64,000 nt of DNA from a virus (Duplodnaviria > Caudoviricetes). The notes under the pieces are model-generated. The model ran no database searches, was not told the origin of the DNA, and saw nothing but the letters and a program-made list of their open reading frames with translations. Both the position numbers and the translations under genes were made by a program. Positions 45,255 through 55,951 of this stretch are shown in pieces. Within the stretch, counting starts at the first letter, position 1, and every line of letters starts with the position of its first letter. Where the stretch lies: IMG/VR virus record IMGVR_UViG_2788499831_000001, positions 25,131 to 89,130 of that record; one strand, given 5' to 3'.

Positions 45255-46979
45255 TTATCTATAAATATCATCTAAATATTCATCGTAATCTTCATCCGGA
45301 ATAGCACCTTCCATCATATTCAATGTTTCTTTATGGCCAATTAACATGGCAACAAATCCATCGATGTGCTCTGGTGATTTACGTTTAGATGGTGTTTTTA
45401 AATTATTAATATTTGTAATTATTTTTGCGTTACTTGCACAGAAAATAAGTAAAGGATTGTCCGTTTTAATTCGGTCCTGAAGTAATAAAAGTTCAAAGTC
45501 ATCAAACGGTTCATTCATGTGAGTTGGGTACTGCGGAACTTCCACACATTGAATCCCGAGCATTTCCCACTTCTCAACAAGCTTTTCAGCAAGAGCTGGA
45601 TCATAGTTTATTTGACGTAAATCAAAATTCTCAAATACCCATTCCACATATTCATTTACCATTTCTTCATCGACTGTTTTTCCAGGGCAAATCCTCACAA
45701 ATCCCTTTTCAGCTAACGCCCGATAAGGAACATTTCGTTGCTGCTCTTTATCTTCAATTCCAAACTCCGGAATAAAGTACATTTGCTTAACGATTAATAT
45801 CGCATTTCCTTCATCATCGTATGTTGGAATATTTATTGATACACACGTTAAATCGGTACGCCGTGATAAATCTACACCAATAACACAAGTTAAACCTTCA
45901 ACCTCTTTTAAGTATTCCACAAGCATTTTATCCAATTGGTCTTTGTCAAAATACGTTTCAGCATAGTTAACGAATACATCTAAGTGCTTTGATAAGAACT
46001 CAGCCTTATTAAAGCTGTTATTTTGAGCTTCTTTAAAAGCATTTTCAAGAAACTCCATACTTACAGAAACACCCATGTTTGGATTGACCATCTTCCAAAC
46101 TTCACGGTCTGTCCAATCAAACTTTTTGTTTGGCTCATAGATCATTGCAAACCATGCATCATCATTATCATTCTTCAATACTTCTTTTGCATAAGCATAA
46201 ATTTGCGAACCAAGTGACCCACTTTGTTTACCAGCTGTGGAAGTAATAATGTTGAGCGGTTCTTCTTGAGCAATTTGCGCTGAACGTAAATTATCGTATT
46301 GTTCACGGTCCATTTGAGCATGAACTTCATCAAAATAATTGATATACGGATTTTTACCTTCGTTACCGGCGTTATCTTTTGTAAGGACTTTTACAGTATT
46401 GGCATATTTAATACCATCTTCTACAAATGTGTATTTAATAGAGCGAATGGTATCCTCTTTACCTTTATAAATACGAGTACCAGGGCGTAAATCAGGGCTA
46501 TTTTCAATGGTTAATCCAATTGGAATGGCTGCGTTTTGACATTGCTCAAATGTATTAGCTGAAATGTAAACATCTGCACCTTTTACACCTTCACCATATG
46601 TTCCATAAATAACAGGGCTTCCGCCCATAATCGTTTTTCCATTTTTCTTTGGAACCTGCAAATAAGCCGTACGAATTACTCGCACCGCTTTATCATCATC
46701 ATTATATTTTTGCCAACCATAAATATTAGCAAAGAAAAACTTCTGCCAAGTTTCCAGAATTAACGGTTCCCCTGCCCACTTACCTTTTGCATGTTTTAAG
46801 AAAGTTTCAGTGAAATACAACATGTAATTAGCTTTGTCATTATCCCAAAATATATCTTTTCGTTTTTTCCATCGTTTATAACGCTTCACCATTAAATGGA
46901 CAGTATCAGGATATGAATTTGGATTCGCTTCGCACTCTTTTACGAACTCATCTGCATAGTTTATATTAAAATCAATCAT
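45255..46979 (-). CDS. Terminase large subunit
   Basis: VPKKNGKT Walker A; YFDEVH; IGVDLS; IDGFVA. Confidence 0.95.
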   Translation of the reverse strand: MIDFNINYADEFVKECEANPNSYPDTVHLMVKRYKRWKKRKDIFWDNDKANYMLYFTETFLKHAKGKWAGEPLILETWQKFFFANIYGWQKYNDDDKAVRVIRTAYLQVPKKNGKTIMGGSPVIYGTYGEGVKGADVYISANTFEQCQNAAIPIGLTIENSPDLRPGTRIYKGKEDTIRSIKYTFVEDGIKYANTVKVLTKDNAGNEGKNPYINYFDEVHAQMDREQYDNLRSAQIAQEEPLNIITSTAGKQSGSLGSQIYAYAKEVLKNDNDDAWFAMIYEPNKKFDWTDREVWKMVNPNMGVSVSMEFLENAFKEAQNNSFNKAEFLSKHLDVFVNYAETYFDKDQLDKMLVEYLKEVEGLTCVIGVDLSRRTDLTCVSINIPTYDDEGNAILIVKQMYFIPEFGIEDKEQQRNVPYRALAEKGFVRICPGKTVDEEMVNEYVEWVFENFDLRQINYDPALAEKLVEKWEMLGIQCVEVPQYPTHMNEPFDDFELLLLQDRIKTDNPLLIFCASNAKIITNINNLKTPSKRKSPEHIDGFVAMLIGHKETLNMMEGAIPDEDYDEYLDDIYR

Positions 46980-46981
46980 AA

Positions 46982-47530
46982 CTAACCTCGCATTTGCCGT
47001 TTCCTAAATTGAACAAGCTTGCTGTCTTCAGGTTCAGGCTCTTTCTTTTTCTCTTTTCCTTCTTCTTCATCGCCTTTCGCAAGAAGTACTCCGGATTTTT
47101 TAATAAGTTCTTTGTTTTTTCCATCAAGTCCGAGCTGTCCAAGTAACTTAGCCAATTCTTTACGTAACTTCTCTGTACTTTCACCTGTATCTTTCATTTG
47201 CTGATATTCGTCGTAGCAATCCAAATAAACTTCAATAAGAAGGTCAAGCGCCGGTGAATAGGTGCCTGCTTCAACTAATGAATCGACAATTCGTTTTTGT
47301 TGCTCATCTCGCTTAGATGGTTTCTTTTTTGTTGTAGTAGTCTTTTTTGTTGTACAACATTCAATTTTACCTTCTAGCTGTTGAACCCACTTATCACGAC
47401 TTTTCCAAACAGCAATTTTCTTTTCATCAATTTCTAAAACCTTTGCAATTTCACGATTTGAAATACTTCCATCATGCGCTTTAAAGATTTTAAATGATTG
47501 GTCACGTTTTGGATCTCGTTTTCTGGCCAT
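46982..47530 (-). CDS. Terminase small subunit
   Basis: N-terminal HTH (ISNREIAKVL...WKSRDKW); precedes TerL. Confidence 0.85.
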   Translation of the reverse strand: MARKRDPKRDQSFKIFKAHDGSISNREIAKVLEIDEKKIAVWKSRDKWVQQLEGKIECCTTKKTTTTKKKPSKRDEQQKRIVDSLVEAGTYSPALDLLIEVYLDCYDEYQQMKDTGESTEKLRKELAKLLGQLGLDGKNKELIKKSGVLLAKGDEEEGKEKKKEPEPEDSKLVQFRKRQMRG

Positions 47531-47808
47531 ACCTATTCACCCCTTTCATTTGTTGTACTAAAAAATTTCAAAAAATCATTTTGAGGTGCACGTTTGCACC
47601 CCCACTCCCTATCCCCCCAGATGGGCAAAGTCAACTTTTTTGATAGGGGGGCTTATAATTTCTCTACTAAATTACAATTCGTTGGTCCATTACATTTTGG
47701 ACATTTCAATCCTTCACGTAACTTATGTGTTGCTTCTGTCCATCCACATGCTTTATCTAAACACCAATGGATTGTTCTTGGCCACTTTGCCATTGCTATC
47801 ACCTCGTA

Positions 47809-48186
47809 CTATAATTTCCAATCGAACTTTTTCTTTTGCTTATAATTCTTATCGTGCTTTTCATTACTTTCTCTTTCTAAGATTGGATGACACTTATCAC
47901 AAGATGTCACAACATTATTAGGATCTAACTTTAATAAAGGATTTACTTTGATTGGTACAACATGATGATGATGTGCTTGCTTACCAAACACAAACCTTCC
48001 ACATCGCTGACATAATCCTTTGTCTCGTTCATAACAGAACGCCTTTAAAGCTTCCCATGGTTTTGTACGATAGAATGATTTGTTCTTTGAATAGACAACT
48101 GTCTTCTTTTGTTTGCGTCTGTGATTCAAACAGTATCGTCCTTTATCGATTAATGTCTTGCAGCCTTGCTCAGCACAGTACTTCAT
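47809..48186 (-). CDS. Packaging-associated HNH endonuclease
   Basis: CQRC..HHHVVP..N...CDKCH; upstream of terS. Confidence 0.9.
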   Translation of the reverse strand: MKYCAEQGCKTLIDKGRYCLNHRRKQKKTVVYSKNKSFYRTKPWEALKAFCYERDKGLCQRCGRFVFGKQAHHHHVVPIKVNPLLKLDPNNVVTSCDKCHPILERESNEKHDKNYKQKKKFDWKL

Positions 48187-48476
48187 GATAATAATTCAAT
48201 GATGTCTTCTTTCTTTTTAACATCAGCTGGAATCTCAATGCCTAACTCATCAGCATACTCACGTAATTCTTTGACTGTCATGTTACTTAATACTGGTACT
48301 TCACTAACGACTGTCATATCCTTACCGTTTGTTAAGTCCACACCCATGATCATACTCTCAGGATTAACAGTTACTTCGAATCCTGGTTCTTCACCAGTTG
48401 GAACAAATAGACTCTTCTTCTGTTCGTTATCCCAATACTCTGTACCTGATATTGTTTTTCTAATTTCAGTAATCAT
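48183..48476 (-). CDS. Hypothetical protein with Rho-N/HeH-like C-terminus
   Basis: LSNMTVKELREYADELGI..KKEDII. Confidence 0.65.
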   Translation of the reverse strand: MITEIRKTISGTEYWDNEQKKSLFVPTGEEPGFEVTVNPESMIMGVDLTNGKDMTVVSEVPVLSNMTVKELREYADELGIEIPADVKKKEDIIELLS

Positions 48477-48694
48477 TTAAGCTCACTCTCCTTTTTCTTA
48501 TTAAGCCATGTAGCAATCTTCATTGTTAATAAAGCAGGCCAGAATATCGCTAGAAGAAAAACCAAAAATAAAGATGACATTAGAATTATATGTCCATGTT
48601 CTTTATCCTTTTTAACTGCTTCCCTTACGGCGGAATAAATATCTAATGATGCATAAACCATACCTACTATTAGATAAGCTAATAACCATAACAT
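48473..48694 (-). CDS. Small membrane protein
   Basis: Two TM segments. Confidence 0.65.
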   Translation of the reverse strand: MLWLLAYLIVGMVYASLDIYSAVREAVKKDKEHGHIILMSSLFLVFLLAIFWPALLTMKIATWLNKKKESELK

Positions 48695-48822
48695 TGTCGT
48701 TCACCACCTATGTAATTTTTACATAATAAAAGAGCAACCGTGCACCAGTTGCCCTTTCGTCAATCTCTTATGTTATTACTATAAATCATATTTACAATGG
48801 TTTCTATCGGTTCAATTTACAG

Positions 48823-49230
48823 TTAAAGAAGTGAAAGTTCTTCAGCAAACTTGATTCTTCTCATAATCTCAGCATGTTTTTGATATATGTAACTTCTACT
48901 GTATCCAAACTCAACCGCTAGATATTCCAACGTTTTTCCTTGCACATACTTCCCATAAAGAATTTGGTTTTCCAAACCTTTAAATGTACTAATCAAATCT
49001 TTCAAGTCACAGATATCGTTCATCTTATGCGCTAATTCATATTCAATTGCTTCAATACGTTCTTCTACTTTTGCACCTTCCGATTCAGCAGTTAAACGTA
49101 CCTCTCGCAAATCACCACTGACCCAGCGTTTTAATTCAGCTTTTGTTTTATCTAAGTTGTAATCTAAGTATGCGATTCGTTCCTCTAATTTCTGATAGTC
49201 TTTCAGCCAGTCAAACAAATGATGATTCAC
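48823..49230 (-). CDS. ArpU-like/sigma-region-4 late transcription regulator
   Basis: ILYGKYVQGKTLEYLAVEFGYSRSYI; at the end of the early region. Confidence 0.75.
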   Translation of the reverse strand: MNHHLFDWLKDYQKLEERIAYLDYNLDKTKAELKRWVSGDLREVRLTAESEGAKVEERIEAIEYELAHKMNDICDLKDLISTFKGLENQILYGKYVQGKTLEYLAVEFGYSRSYIYQKHAEIMRRIKFAEELSLL

Positions 49231-49398
49231 CTACTTTCTACTAATAAACTCTAAATCTCATAAAACACGTTTAATTCCATTTCTAAGACGTTTTAATACT
49301 TGTACACCTATTTGTATTAAGGAAGAAATACAAACTCAAATAACTATGATTCTGACGGTCATTCTTGTGTCGAAACGTGTCGACGGGATTATATTTAG

Positions 49399-50094
49399 TT
49401 ACCAACCAAAATTAGTAGGAACATACACTTGTTGTTGCGTTCTAATGATTTGTCGTAAATCAGTTTGCGGTGGCATATGATCTGTTTCTGTTACTCGAAT
49501 TAAATATCTCCATTCATGTTTAGTTGCTTCAATACCACGATGAATATCGAACCAATCAAACTCAATTGGTGTACATGTAGGAGCTGTAAACACTTCTAAT
49601 TCTCCTGATGCAACTTTTTCTCTCACTTGTTCATTTACCATGCCGTATAATTTTGCATTTGGTTCTTCAGGTACATCTAACTCCACAGGTTGTCCAATGA
49701 ATTCAGTTAAGCAGCCTTCACCTGTTACAAGTAGATGAAAACGGCTAGTACTCATTTTTTCTTGTGCGAATATATTTGGATTTGCTTTTGCCTCCGGTCG
49801 TAATTCCAACCCTCTTGGGACACCATCACTATGCCAATTAGGAATCGCTGGACACATACCAGGCATTAACATATGCACTTTTGTATCTACAACAATATAT
49901 TTGCGGTCATGTCGTAAATTCATAGCTCCAATGGCTGTCTTTGTAAGTTCACCGCCATATTTCAACGCATCGTCTAATGAAGCGTTCCAAAGTCCAGGTG
50001 TGTTCTTTAATATATCTAAGCTTGGTTGTTCAATAGTGTGAGCGTACCCTACGTGAATCGGATTTCTATTAAACTGAAATTTAGATGTTTTCAT
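49399..50094 (-). CDS. Putative 2OG-Fe(II) dioxygenase-like protein
   Basis: WHSDG (HxD), distal DIHRG His, and RYLIR. Confidence 0.6.
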   Translation of the reverse strand: MKTSKFQFNRNPIHVGYAHTIEQPSLDILKNTPGLWNASLDDALKYGGELTKTAIGAMNLRHDRKYIVVDTKVHMLMPGMCPAIPNWHSDGVPRGLELRPEAKANPNIFAQEKMSTSRFHLLVTGEGCLTEFIGQPVELDVPEEPNAKLYGMVNEQVREKVASGELEVFTAPTCTPIEFDWFDIHRGIEATKHEWRYLIRVTETDHMPPQTDLRQIIRTQQQVYVPTNFGW

Positions 50095-50162
50095 TTTGTA
50101 CTCTCCCTTTCTATAAAACTCAAATTGTATTAATATCCTGAGCCAAAGCCCAGGACAAAAAT

Positions 50163-50600
50163 TTATTCAGCAATCGTTTCTTCATCAACAATCTTTAATT
50201 GACCAGGAGCAACTTCCGTTGTTCCATCCTGTTTAACGTTGTATTCCATACCTTCATGTTTTTCTTCATAAAACTCATCAATCGACATTTGAGAAGGTTC
50301 TAGAGTAATAGAAACATTTTCACCAGCGAATGGATAAAGTTTATTAATCTTATCTTTCGTATCGCCTTTTACATTGAATTTAAGAACTGTTTTCTTGCTA
50401 TCACGTTGAATAGAAACAAATTCAGCACCGATTGGTTCAACTTCGCTTTTCTCCACAGTTAGATGAACAATCGTACCTGGCATTTTTAATAATTCATCAG
50501 CATGTGGTAGTTCATCACTTAATACATGGAACATTAAAACTTCCTTTTTATCATCCTTTTGCATTTTCTTGAATAATACGTTCAAATTTACTTTTGTCAT
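50163..50600 (-). CDS. Hypothetical phage protein
   Basis: 145-aa ORF with RBS. Confidence 0.7.
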   Translation of the reverse strand: MTKVNLNVLFKKMQKDDKKEVLMFHVLSDELPHADELLKMPGTIVHLTVEKSEVEPIGAEFVSIQRDSKKTVLKFNVKGDTKDKINKLYPFAGENVSITLEPSQMSIDEFYEEKHEGMEYNVKQDGTTEVAPGQLKIVDEETIAE

Positions 50601-50672
50601 GGTTCAGGCTCCTTTTGTATTAGATTGATATTGGAACTAAAGTTTTCCTGTTATTTCTGTACGTTTCTAAGC

Positions 50673-51212
50673 TTAAAAAGCTCCTGTTTTCAAATAGTGT
50701 TTAGCATGGTAATAAAGGACATGATATATCCAATTACCAACAAGCTTTTTATCTAAATAAACAATTTCAAAGTTATATTTCACCTTAAAAGTATTAAGTC
50801 TACCAAGTAATGCTTTCGGGTTATATCTTGAGCGATAATCACCTTTTAGTATTTTTTCGTAACCACGTGGATCTTCCACAATTAAAGTGAATGGAATGTC
50901 CTTTGAACGAATCAATTCATTTTCAAACGCTGTTTGAGTATCCTTTTGCAAGTTACCTGTTATTTCATCGATACTTGCTTTTCTTTCTATCCGACGATCT
51001 AAATAGATATCTCGTGGTATTCCTAATTCTTCATTTTTAGGAATCATGCAACCGTAATCGCCCGTATCTAATTTTTGTATCTTTACTGGTATATCTTTTT
51101 GATTTAAATAGTCAAGAATATGACCATTTACATTCTCACGAGTATCAATTACGATCGTTAGTGTTTTAAGGATTGTGTCTATTTCTTTATCTGTGTAATG
51201 GAAACGAATCAT
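50673..51212 (-). CDS. ERCC4-domain nuclease (resolvase-like)
   Basis: IVIDTRE..LDTGDY..IERKAS. Confidence 0.9.
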   Translation of the reverse strand: MIRFHYTDKEIDTILKTLTIVIDTRENVNGHILDYLNQKDIPVKIQKLDTGDYGCMIPKNEELGIPRDIYLDRRIERKASIDEITGNLQKDTQTAFENELIRSKDIPFTLIVEDPRGYEKILKGDYRSRYNPKALLGRLNTFKVKYNFEIVYLDKKLVGNWIYHVLYYHAKHYLKTGAF

Positions 51213-51667
51213 TTTGATTCCTCCAGTAACTCTGGATTTTCATAAATGTTCCCACAAATAACGCCAAACTTTATCGCTACTTCTAAACCTTTCCTTTTAG
51301 CGCCTTCAACGATATGTTTACTTTTTAGCACTCTATATCCCCACGAATCAGTTAACCAAATCACTTGTTTATATGTCGTTTCATATCTTCCTGTTTTAGT
51401 TTTCCCGAAATTCGTTAACAGTTCTGATGTACATTCAAGAATGTCCCCTTCATAAATCTCCTTACCGTTCTTGTCTTCTAAACCTGTAAATCTAACTATC
51501 TCTACTTTTTCAGTTATATATTCTTTATGCATATACGATTGATAAGCCCAAGTACGTTCTTCTATTAGGTAAGCTTCACCTTCTTGATTAAAGTAAATAT
51601 CTTCATCATCTAGCCATTTATTTGCAACTTTATCCCATATACGAAACTTAATTCCTTTCATCTTCAT
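51209..51667 (-). CDS. YopX family protein
   Basis: IKFRIWD..FTGLEDKNGKEIYEGDI..GNIYENPELL. Confidence 0.9.
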   Translation of the reverse strand: MKMKGIKFRIWDKVANKWLDDEDIYFNQEGEAYLIEERTWAYQSYMHKEYITEKVEIVRFTGLEDKNGKEIYEGDILECTSELLTNFGKTKTGRYETTYKQVIWLTDSWGYRVLKSKHIVEGAKRKGLEVAIKFGVICGNIYENPELLEESK

Positions 51668-52113
51668 GCCCCTTTCTTCGTATATAAAACCGCACGTTCA
51701 TATATCTTTCTTGCCATTGCATTTGATTCATCATTTTCAAATTGACGATGATCCTCATAAACATCTGTCCAACCGTTGTTAGCAAGGACAATCGTCCACT
51801 CATAAAACAGTTGCAATGAATCTTCTTCTTCAACTAACCAATTGTGTAATTTTTGATTATGTTTCCACCCACAAAAATGATGAAATATCTTCATTAACGT
51901 AATTTTCTCCGCACTCTCATCTTTCCAAGATTGAAACCAATCATAAATAGCTTGATAGTTTTGTTCAGCAGCTTTCATTACTTCCGTTGGAATTAAATTT
52001 TGTTTTTTTATTGCAACTTGATTGTCTTTTTCATCAAGATAGATATTTGCACCTGATTTCCAAATCGAACTTAAAATTAATAAAACTTGCAAATCTATCA
52101 CCTCTGTTATCAA
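51664..52113 (-). CDS. Hypothetical phage protein
   Basis: Follows the origin region. Confidence 0.7.
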   Translation of the reverse strand: MITEVIDLQVLLILSSIWKSGANIYLDEKDNQVAIKKQNLIPTEVMKAAEQNYQAIYDWFQSWKDESAEKITLMKIFHHFCGWKHNQKLHNWLVEEEDSLQLFYEWTIVLANNGWTDVYEDHRQFENDESNAMARKIYERAVLYTKKGA

Positions 52114-52400
52114 AAGTTACTTAGAAGTGTTACTAAAAAACACCGAAAATTAGCATGTGTTACTTTTCAGTAACCCCCTTGAGCCTTAGAGCCACAAAGG
52201 ATTAAGGGGGTTAGGTTACTTTTGTTACCTATTTTGAGCATTAAGCCCCCTAATAGAATACTTATATATATATTTATTTTTTGTTTATATATATTTTTAG
52301 TAACAAAAGTAACAAAAAGAGTATAAAAAGTACCTTGAGCCCTTATGTACCAAGGGTTTTAAGACATTTTAAATGGGTTACTTTTAGTAACACTTTTGCT
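52110..52400. repeat. Putative phage A replication origin
   Basis: Many gttact/agtaac hexamers in both orientations around a (TA)n tract, downstream of the primase gene. Confidence 0.7.
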
Positions 52401-54725
52401 ATTTTCATCGAAATTCAGTAACTTTTGCTGCTTAAAAGTATTTTTTCGGTCTGTTAAAGTAACACCTTTGATGTAATACTTATTTTTACTACCACGTTCT
52501 CTTTTGAATCCCTGGGATTCTAAAATTCGGTAAAATGCTCTATTTTTTAATTGATGCTCGCCATTTCTGAAACACCAATTGGAATAAACCTCATATAATT
52601 CTTTTGCTTCGATTTGAACATCTTCCCTTTTAAAACAACATTCGAACATGAATGGGCCGAGAATATCCATCTCCTCTTTGTAATCACCTGTTGCTTTCAT
52701 AACAATTGCTGGATCGTTCAGCCCCGACTTCTGCCACTTCAAGCAACCCTCAATCGCCCAATTCAGGATTCCTGGCATTTCAAGACTTATCTTCTCTGGT
52801 AATTTCTTATCGCGTTTTTCTTTCGGAAGCTGTAAGTTAAATGGAATTAAACGAATACGTCTCCAAATTCCTTCATCGACACCTTTAATTACTGGCTTAT
52901 GATTTGTAGTAAAGAAGACTTTAAACTCTGGTATGAATTCGAAATACTCTTGTCGAAGGAATCGTGCAAGCACTGGCTCACCGCCTGTTATTTGCTTTAC
53001 AAAAGCTTCTGAGAGTTGTTCACCCTCTTCACTCTCGATAGCCGATACAAAACGCGCTCCCACTAATCTAGCGATATCATTATTGGCTCCTGTTTCTTTT
53101 TTCTTGATGAAAGTATCTGATTTAGCTTGTTTACCGTATTCACCCAAAAGGTCCTTAATTGTATTAATAAAGGTCGATTTTCCGTTGGAACCCCCACCAA
53201 TTAGGAAGACCATAATTTGTTCCGTAATTTCTCCAGTGAGGGAATAACCGATTAATCGCTGCATATATTCAGTCAGTTCCTTATCACCTTGGAAAATTTG
53301 ATCTAAGAAATTAAGCCATTCAGGACATTTTGCATTTTCATCAAAAGCAATATTAGTGATTTTAGTTAAACCAAGTTCCCGATCATGCTGCTGCATCTTC
53401 CCTGTTTTTAAATCAACAATGCCGTTTTCAACATTGAATAAATATTTATACTTATCAAAGTCCTCACGCTCTCCTGGAACTAACGGCATAAGGTCCTTGA
53501 TGCTGTTCATTCTTATATTTCTGCGCTCACACATTCGGGCCCATTTCGTTTCTAATTCATCTTCTGATTTATAAAGGCTTCTAAGTACCTTTGCTGTAAT
53601 TCTTTCAATTTCTTTTTTCGTGTCCAACTTCCATCGTTTACCGTCCCATATGTACCAACCAATATCGCTAACATATTTAATTACATGCCCATATTCGTAT
53701 GCAATACGTTCAGCATTACCAAGTTCCGTTAAACGGAATTTCTTTTTCGGCTTCTCCTCCACAACTTCGACTGCATCACCAGCATGAAAATCAAAAGAAA
53801 ATTCTTCGAATTGTTGTTTGTTATCTAAGATAGTTGTGGAAGTAGATGAAATGGCCGTTGCAATCGTTCTTTCACCGTATGTTTCGTTTGTATCACTAAA
53901 ATGAATAACGTCCCATTTATCACGTATAAGGCTTGATTCACGGAACATTGAATCCATTCTAATTGCTGATTTTCCTGTCCAAAATGCTAAATGGTTACAT
54001 AGAGAAAGGTCACTCGCTGAATGATCCTCATTTATTAAGCTGCCATTGTATAATGAACGGATTTCATCACCATTCTTACTGCGAAACATTCTTTCCCATA
54101 AAGCATCGTTTGAAATTTTGATTTCATCTTTTTCAAATTCTGCTAAATTCACACGACCTTGAATGTCACTATCATCAAAATATTTTTCGAATACTTCAGC
54201 TAGTTCATCGGTTCGCTCATATACTTCATTGGAATTCTCACGATTTCCAGTGAAGGTAAAAAAGCGGCCGTATGAGTAAATTTCTAAACCATGCTTTGTA
54301 TTTTTCCTTCCAGTACCTAAAACAGATTGTGGAAGACCACCCCTGATAATGATGTGAATCCCATTTCCTGATGGCGAAAATTCTGTATAACTATCTAATG
54401 TATTAATAATCTCTGTTGCAAATGTATTTGTTTTTTCATCTACAACACACTTATCAATATCGATTCCAATATATTTATCTTGCTTACTGAATACAAAGCC
54501 GATTCCATCATAGTCACCTTCTAAGTAGAATTTGACTGCCGTTGCAAACGTTGACCAAGTACGTCTGTTATTTGCTTGGGCCATTTCCCCATCTACTTGA
54601 TACGGTACTTTTGTTTGTTTATTATTTCGTGTTTCAAACTTCCATAATATCCATTGAGGAAGGCCCTTTAACTCAGCAGGAATTTCATTAAAATTGTATG
54701 GATTTTCTTTCATTTCGCCCTCCAA
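52359..54725 (-). CDS. P4-family primase/helicase (prim-pol, D5_N, SF3)
   Basis: GIDIDKC; EFSPSG.GIH; GGGSNGKST. Confidence 0.93.
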   Translation of the reverse strand: MEGEMKENPYNFNEIPAELKGLPQWILWKFETRNNKQTKVPYQVDGEMAQANNRRTWSTFATAVKFYLEGDYDGIGFVFSKQDKYIGIDIDKCVVDEKTNTFATEIINTLDSYTEFSPSGNGIHIIIRGGLPQSVLGTGRKNTKHGLEIYSYGRFFTFTGNRENSNEVYERTDELAEVFEKYFDDSDIQGRVNLAEFEKDEIKISNDALWERMFRSKNGDEIRSLYNGSLINEDHSASDLSLCNHLAFWTGKSAIRMDSMFRESSLIRDKWDVIHFSDTNETYGERTIATAISSTSTTILDNKQQFEEFSFDFHAGDAVEVVEEKPKKKFRLTELGNAERIAYEYGHVIKYVSDIGWYIWDGKRWKLDTKKEIERITAKVLRSLYKSEDELETKWARMCERRNIRMNSIKDLMPLVPGEREDFDKYKYLFNVENGIVDLKTGKMQQHDRELGLTKITNIAFDENAKCPEWLNFLDQIFQGDKELTEYMQRLIGYSLTGEITEQIMVFLIGGGSNGKSTFINTIKDLLGEYGKQAKSDTFIKKKETGANNDIARLVGARFVSAIESEEGEQLSEAFVKQITGGEPVLARFLRQEYFEFIPEFKVFFTTNHKPVIKGVDEGIWRRIRLIPFNLQLPKEKRDKKLPEKISLEMPGILNWAIEGCLKWQKSGLNDPAIVMKATGDYKEEMDILGPFMFECCFKREDVQIEAKELYEVYSNWCFRNGEHQLKNRAFYRILESQGFKRERGSKNKYYIKGVTLTDRKNTFKQQKLLNFDENSKSVTKSNPFKMS

Positions 54726-54786
54726 TTAGCTTTTTAGGGTATAAAAAAGAGAAGTCGGCAAAACCAACCTCTCTATTTAGTTATTA

Positions 54787-55245
54787 TTAGAATGGTAAAT
54801 CATCATCACCGACAGTAACCGGTGCACTTGTTTGCATTGGTGGGTTTACCTTTGACGCGCTATAACTTGATACTTTCGGGAATACACGTCCATCATCTTT
54901 TTTATCGTGTGTTATATAAACATTTAAGTGTTTATTAAAAACATCTTTCGCCATTTGCGCTGGCCCTTGCGGGCTGTAACTTTCAGGCATACCACAAGCT
55001 AATAAGAATGATTTAGCAATACCTCTAGCTACTGGGTGTTCAAAAGTAAATGTTGTATATTGAACCTTTTGGCCCTGATGATCTTGTGGAACATCTGAAC
55101 GAATTTCAAAATCCACTGTTAATTTAGGTTTACTATTTTGCGTTAAGCCCTCGACAGCATTTAATACAACCACTTCATAATTTCCTACTTCGATTAATGA
55201 AAATCCTTTTACTTCTTCTACTTCATCCATTTTGAAAAATGACAT
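54787..55245 (-). CDS. DUF669-like phage SSB
   Basis: C-terminal DDDLPF; next to the AAA protein. Confidence 0.8.
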   Translation of the reverse strand: MSFFKMDEVEEVKGFSLIEVGNYEVVVLNAVEGLTQNSKPKLTVDFEIRSDVPQDHQGQKVQYTTFTFEHPVARGIAKSFLLACGMPESYSPQGPAQMAKDVFNKHLNVYITHDKKDDGRVFPKVSSYSASKVNPPMQTSAPVTVGDDDLPF

Positions 55246-55937
55246 TATTTATTCCCCTTTTCTTTTTCAGTTTTTGATAGCACTATTAATTCCTCTTGTA
55301 CGCAACCTTTACGCTGATCTAAATGATTTTTAGCAAAGATACTTTGATTACCCTCTAAAACAAATCCTCTTGTACCATCTGCTTTTTTAACTAATTGACC
55401 TACAACATGAACGATTCCCATGATATGATTTACGATTTTATCCCGAATATCTGGAATGAATTGCGTATATTGCTGACCATCATCGTGAGTAATGGTTCGT
55501 GTTGTCTCCCAGGCTGTGAAAATAATATTTGCATCTAATGAATTGAATGTTTCTACTAACTTTAAAAGATGGTTATCTAGCAAAGCATAATCCTTTAATT
55601 CTGGCATTCCACTTTTAGTATTTTCGCCCTTTTTAAGCAGCCATAACTTTTGATAATGCGTTAAGTTATCGATGAAGATGTTGTCATATTTAGTGATGTT
55701 TGTTTTCGCAATCCCAAAAAACTCTAAGATACTATCATGTGGGTTATTGCCATCAATTTTGGCTACATCTACATTTTCATAGCCCTCTAATACTTGGCTT
55801 GTCCCATCGATATCAAACACCAATGTTTTACCTGGTAATAATCCAGCAACCGTTGTTTTTCCGTTACCTGGTTTTGAATAGGCAATGATTTTCGCTTTTT
55901 TACTTTTTGTAATTTGAGAACCGTTTGTGATTTCCAC
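55245..55937 (-). CDS. AAA_24/Sak4-like NTPase
   Basis: YSKPGNGKTT; IFIDNLT. Confidence 0.88.
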   Translation of the reverse strand: MEITNGSQITKSKKAKIIAYSKPGNGKTTVAGLLPGKTLVFDIDGTSQVLEGYENVDVAKIDGNNPHDSILEFFGIAKTNITKYDNIFIDNLTHYQKLWLLKKGENTKSGMPELKDYALLDNHLLKLVETFNSLDANIIFTAWETTRTITHDDGQQYTQFIPDIRDKIVNHIMGIVHVVGQLVKKADGTRGFVLEGNQSIFAKNHLDQRKGCVQEELIVLSKTEKEKGNK

Positions 55938-55951
55938 TTAAAAACTCCTCC

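Noticed and set aside
47560-47660. cos site
   Set aside because: The position between HNH and terS and the G/C runs fit, but the exact cohesive end cannot be determined from sequence alone.
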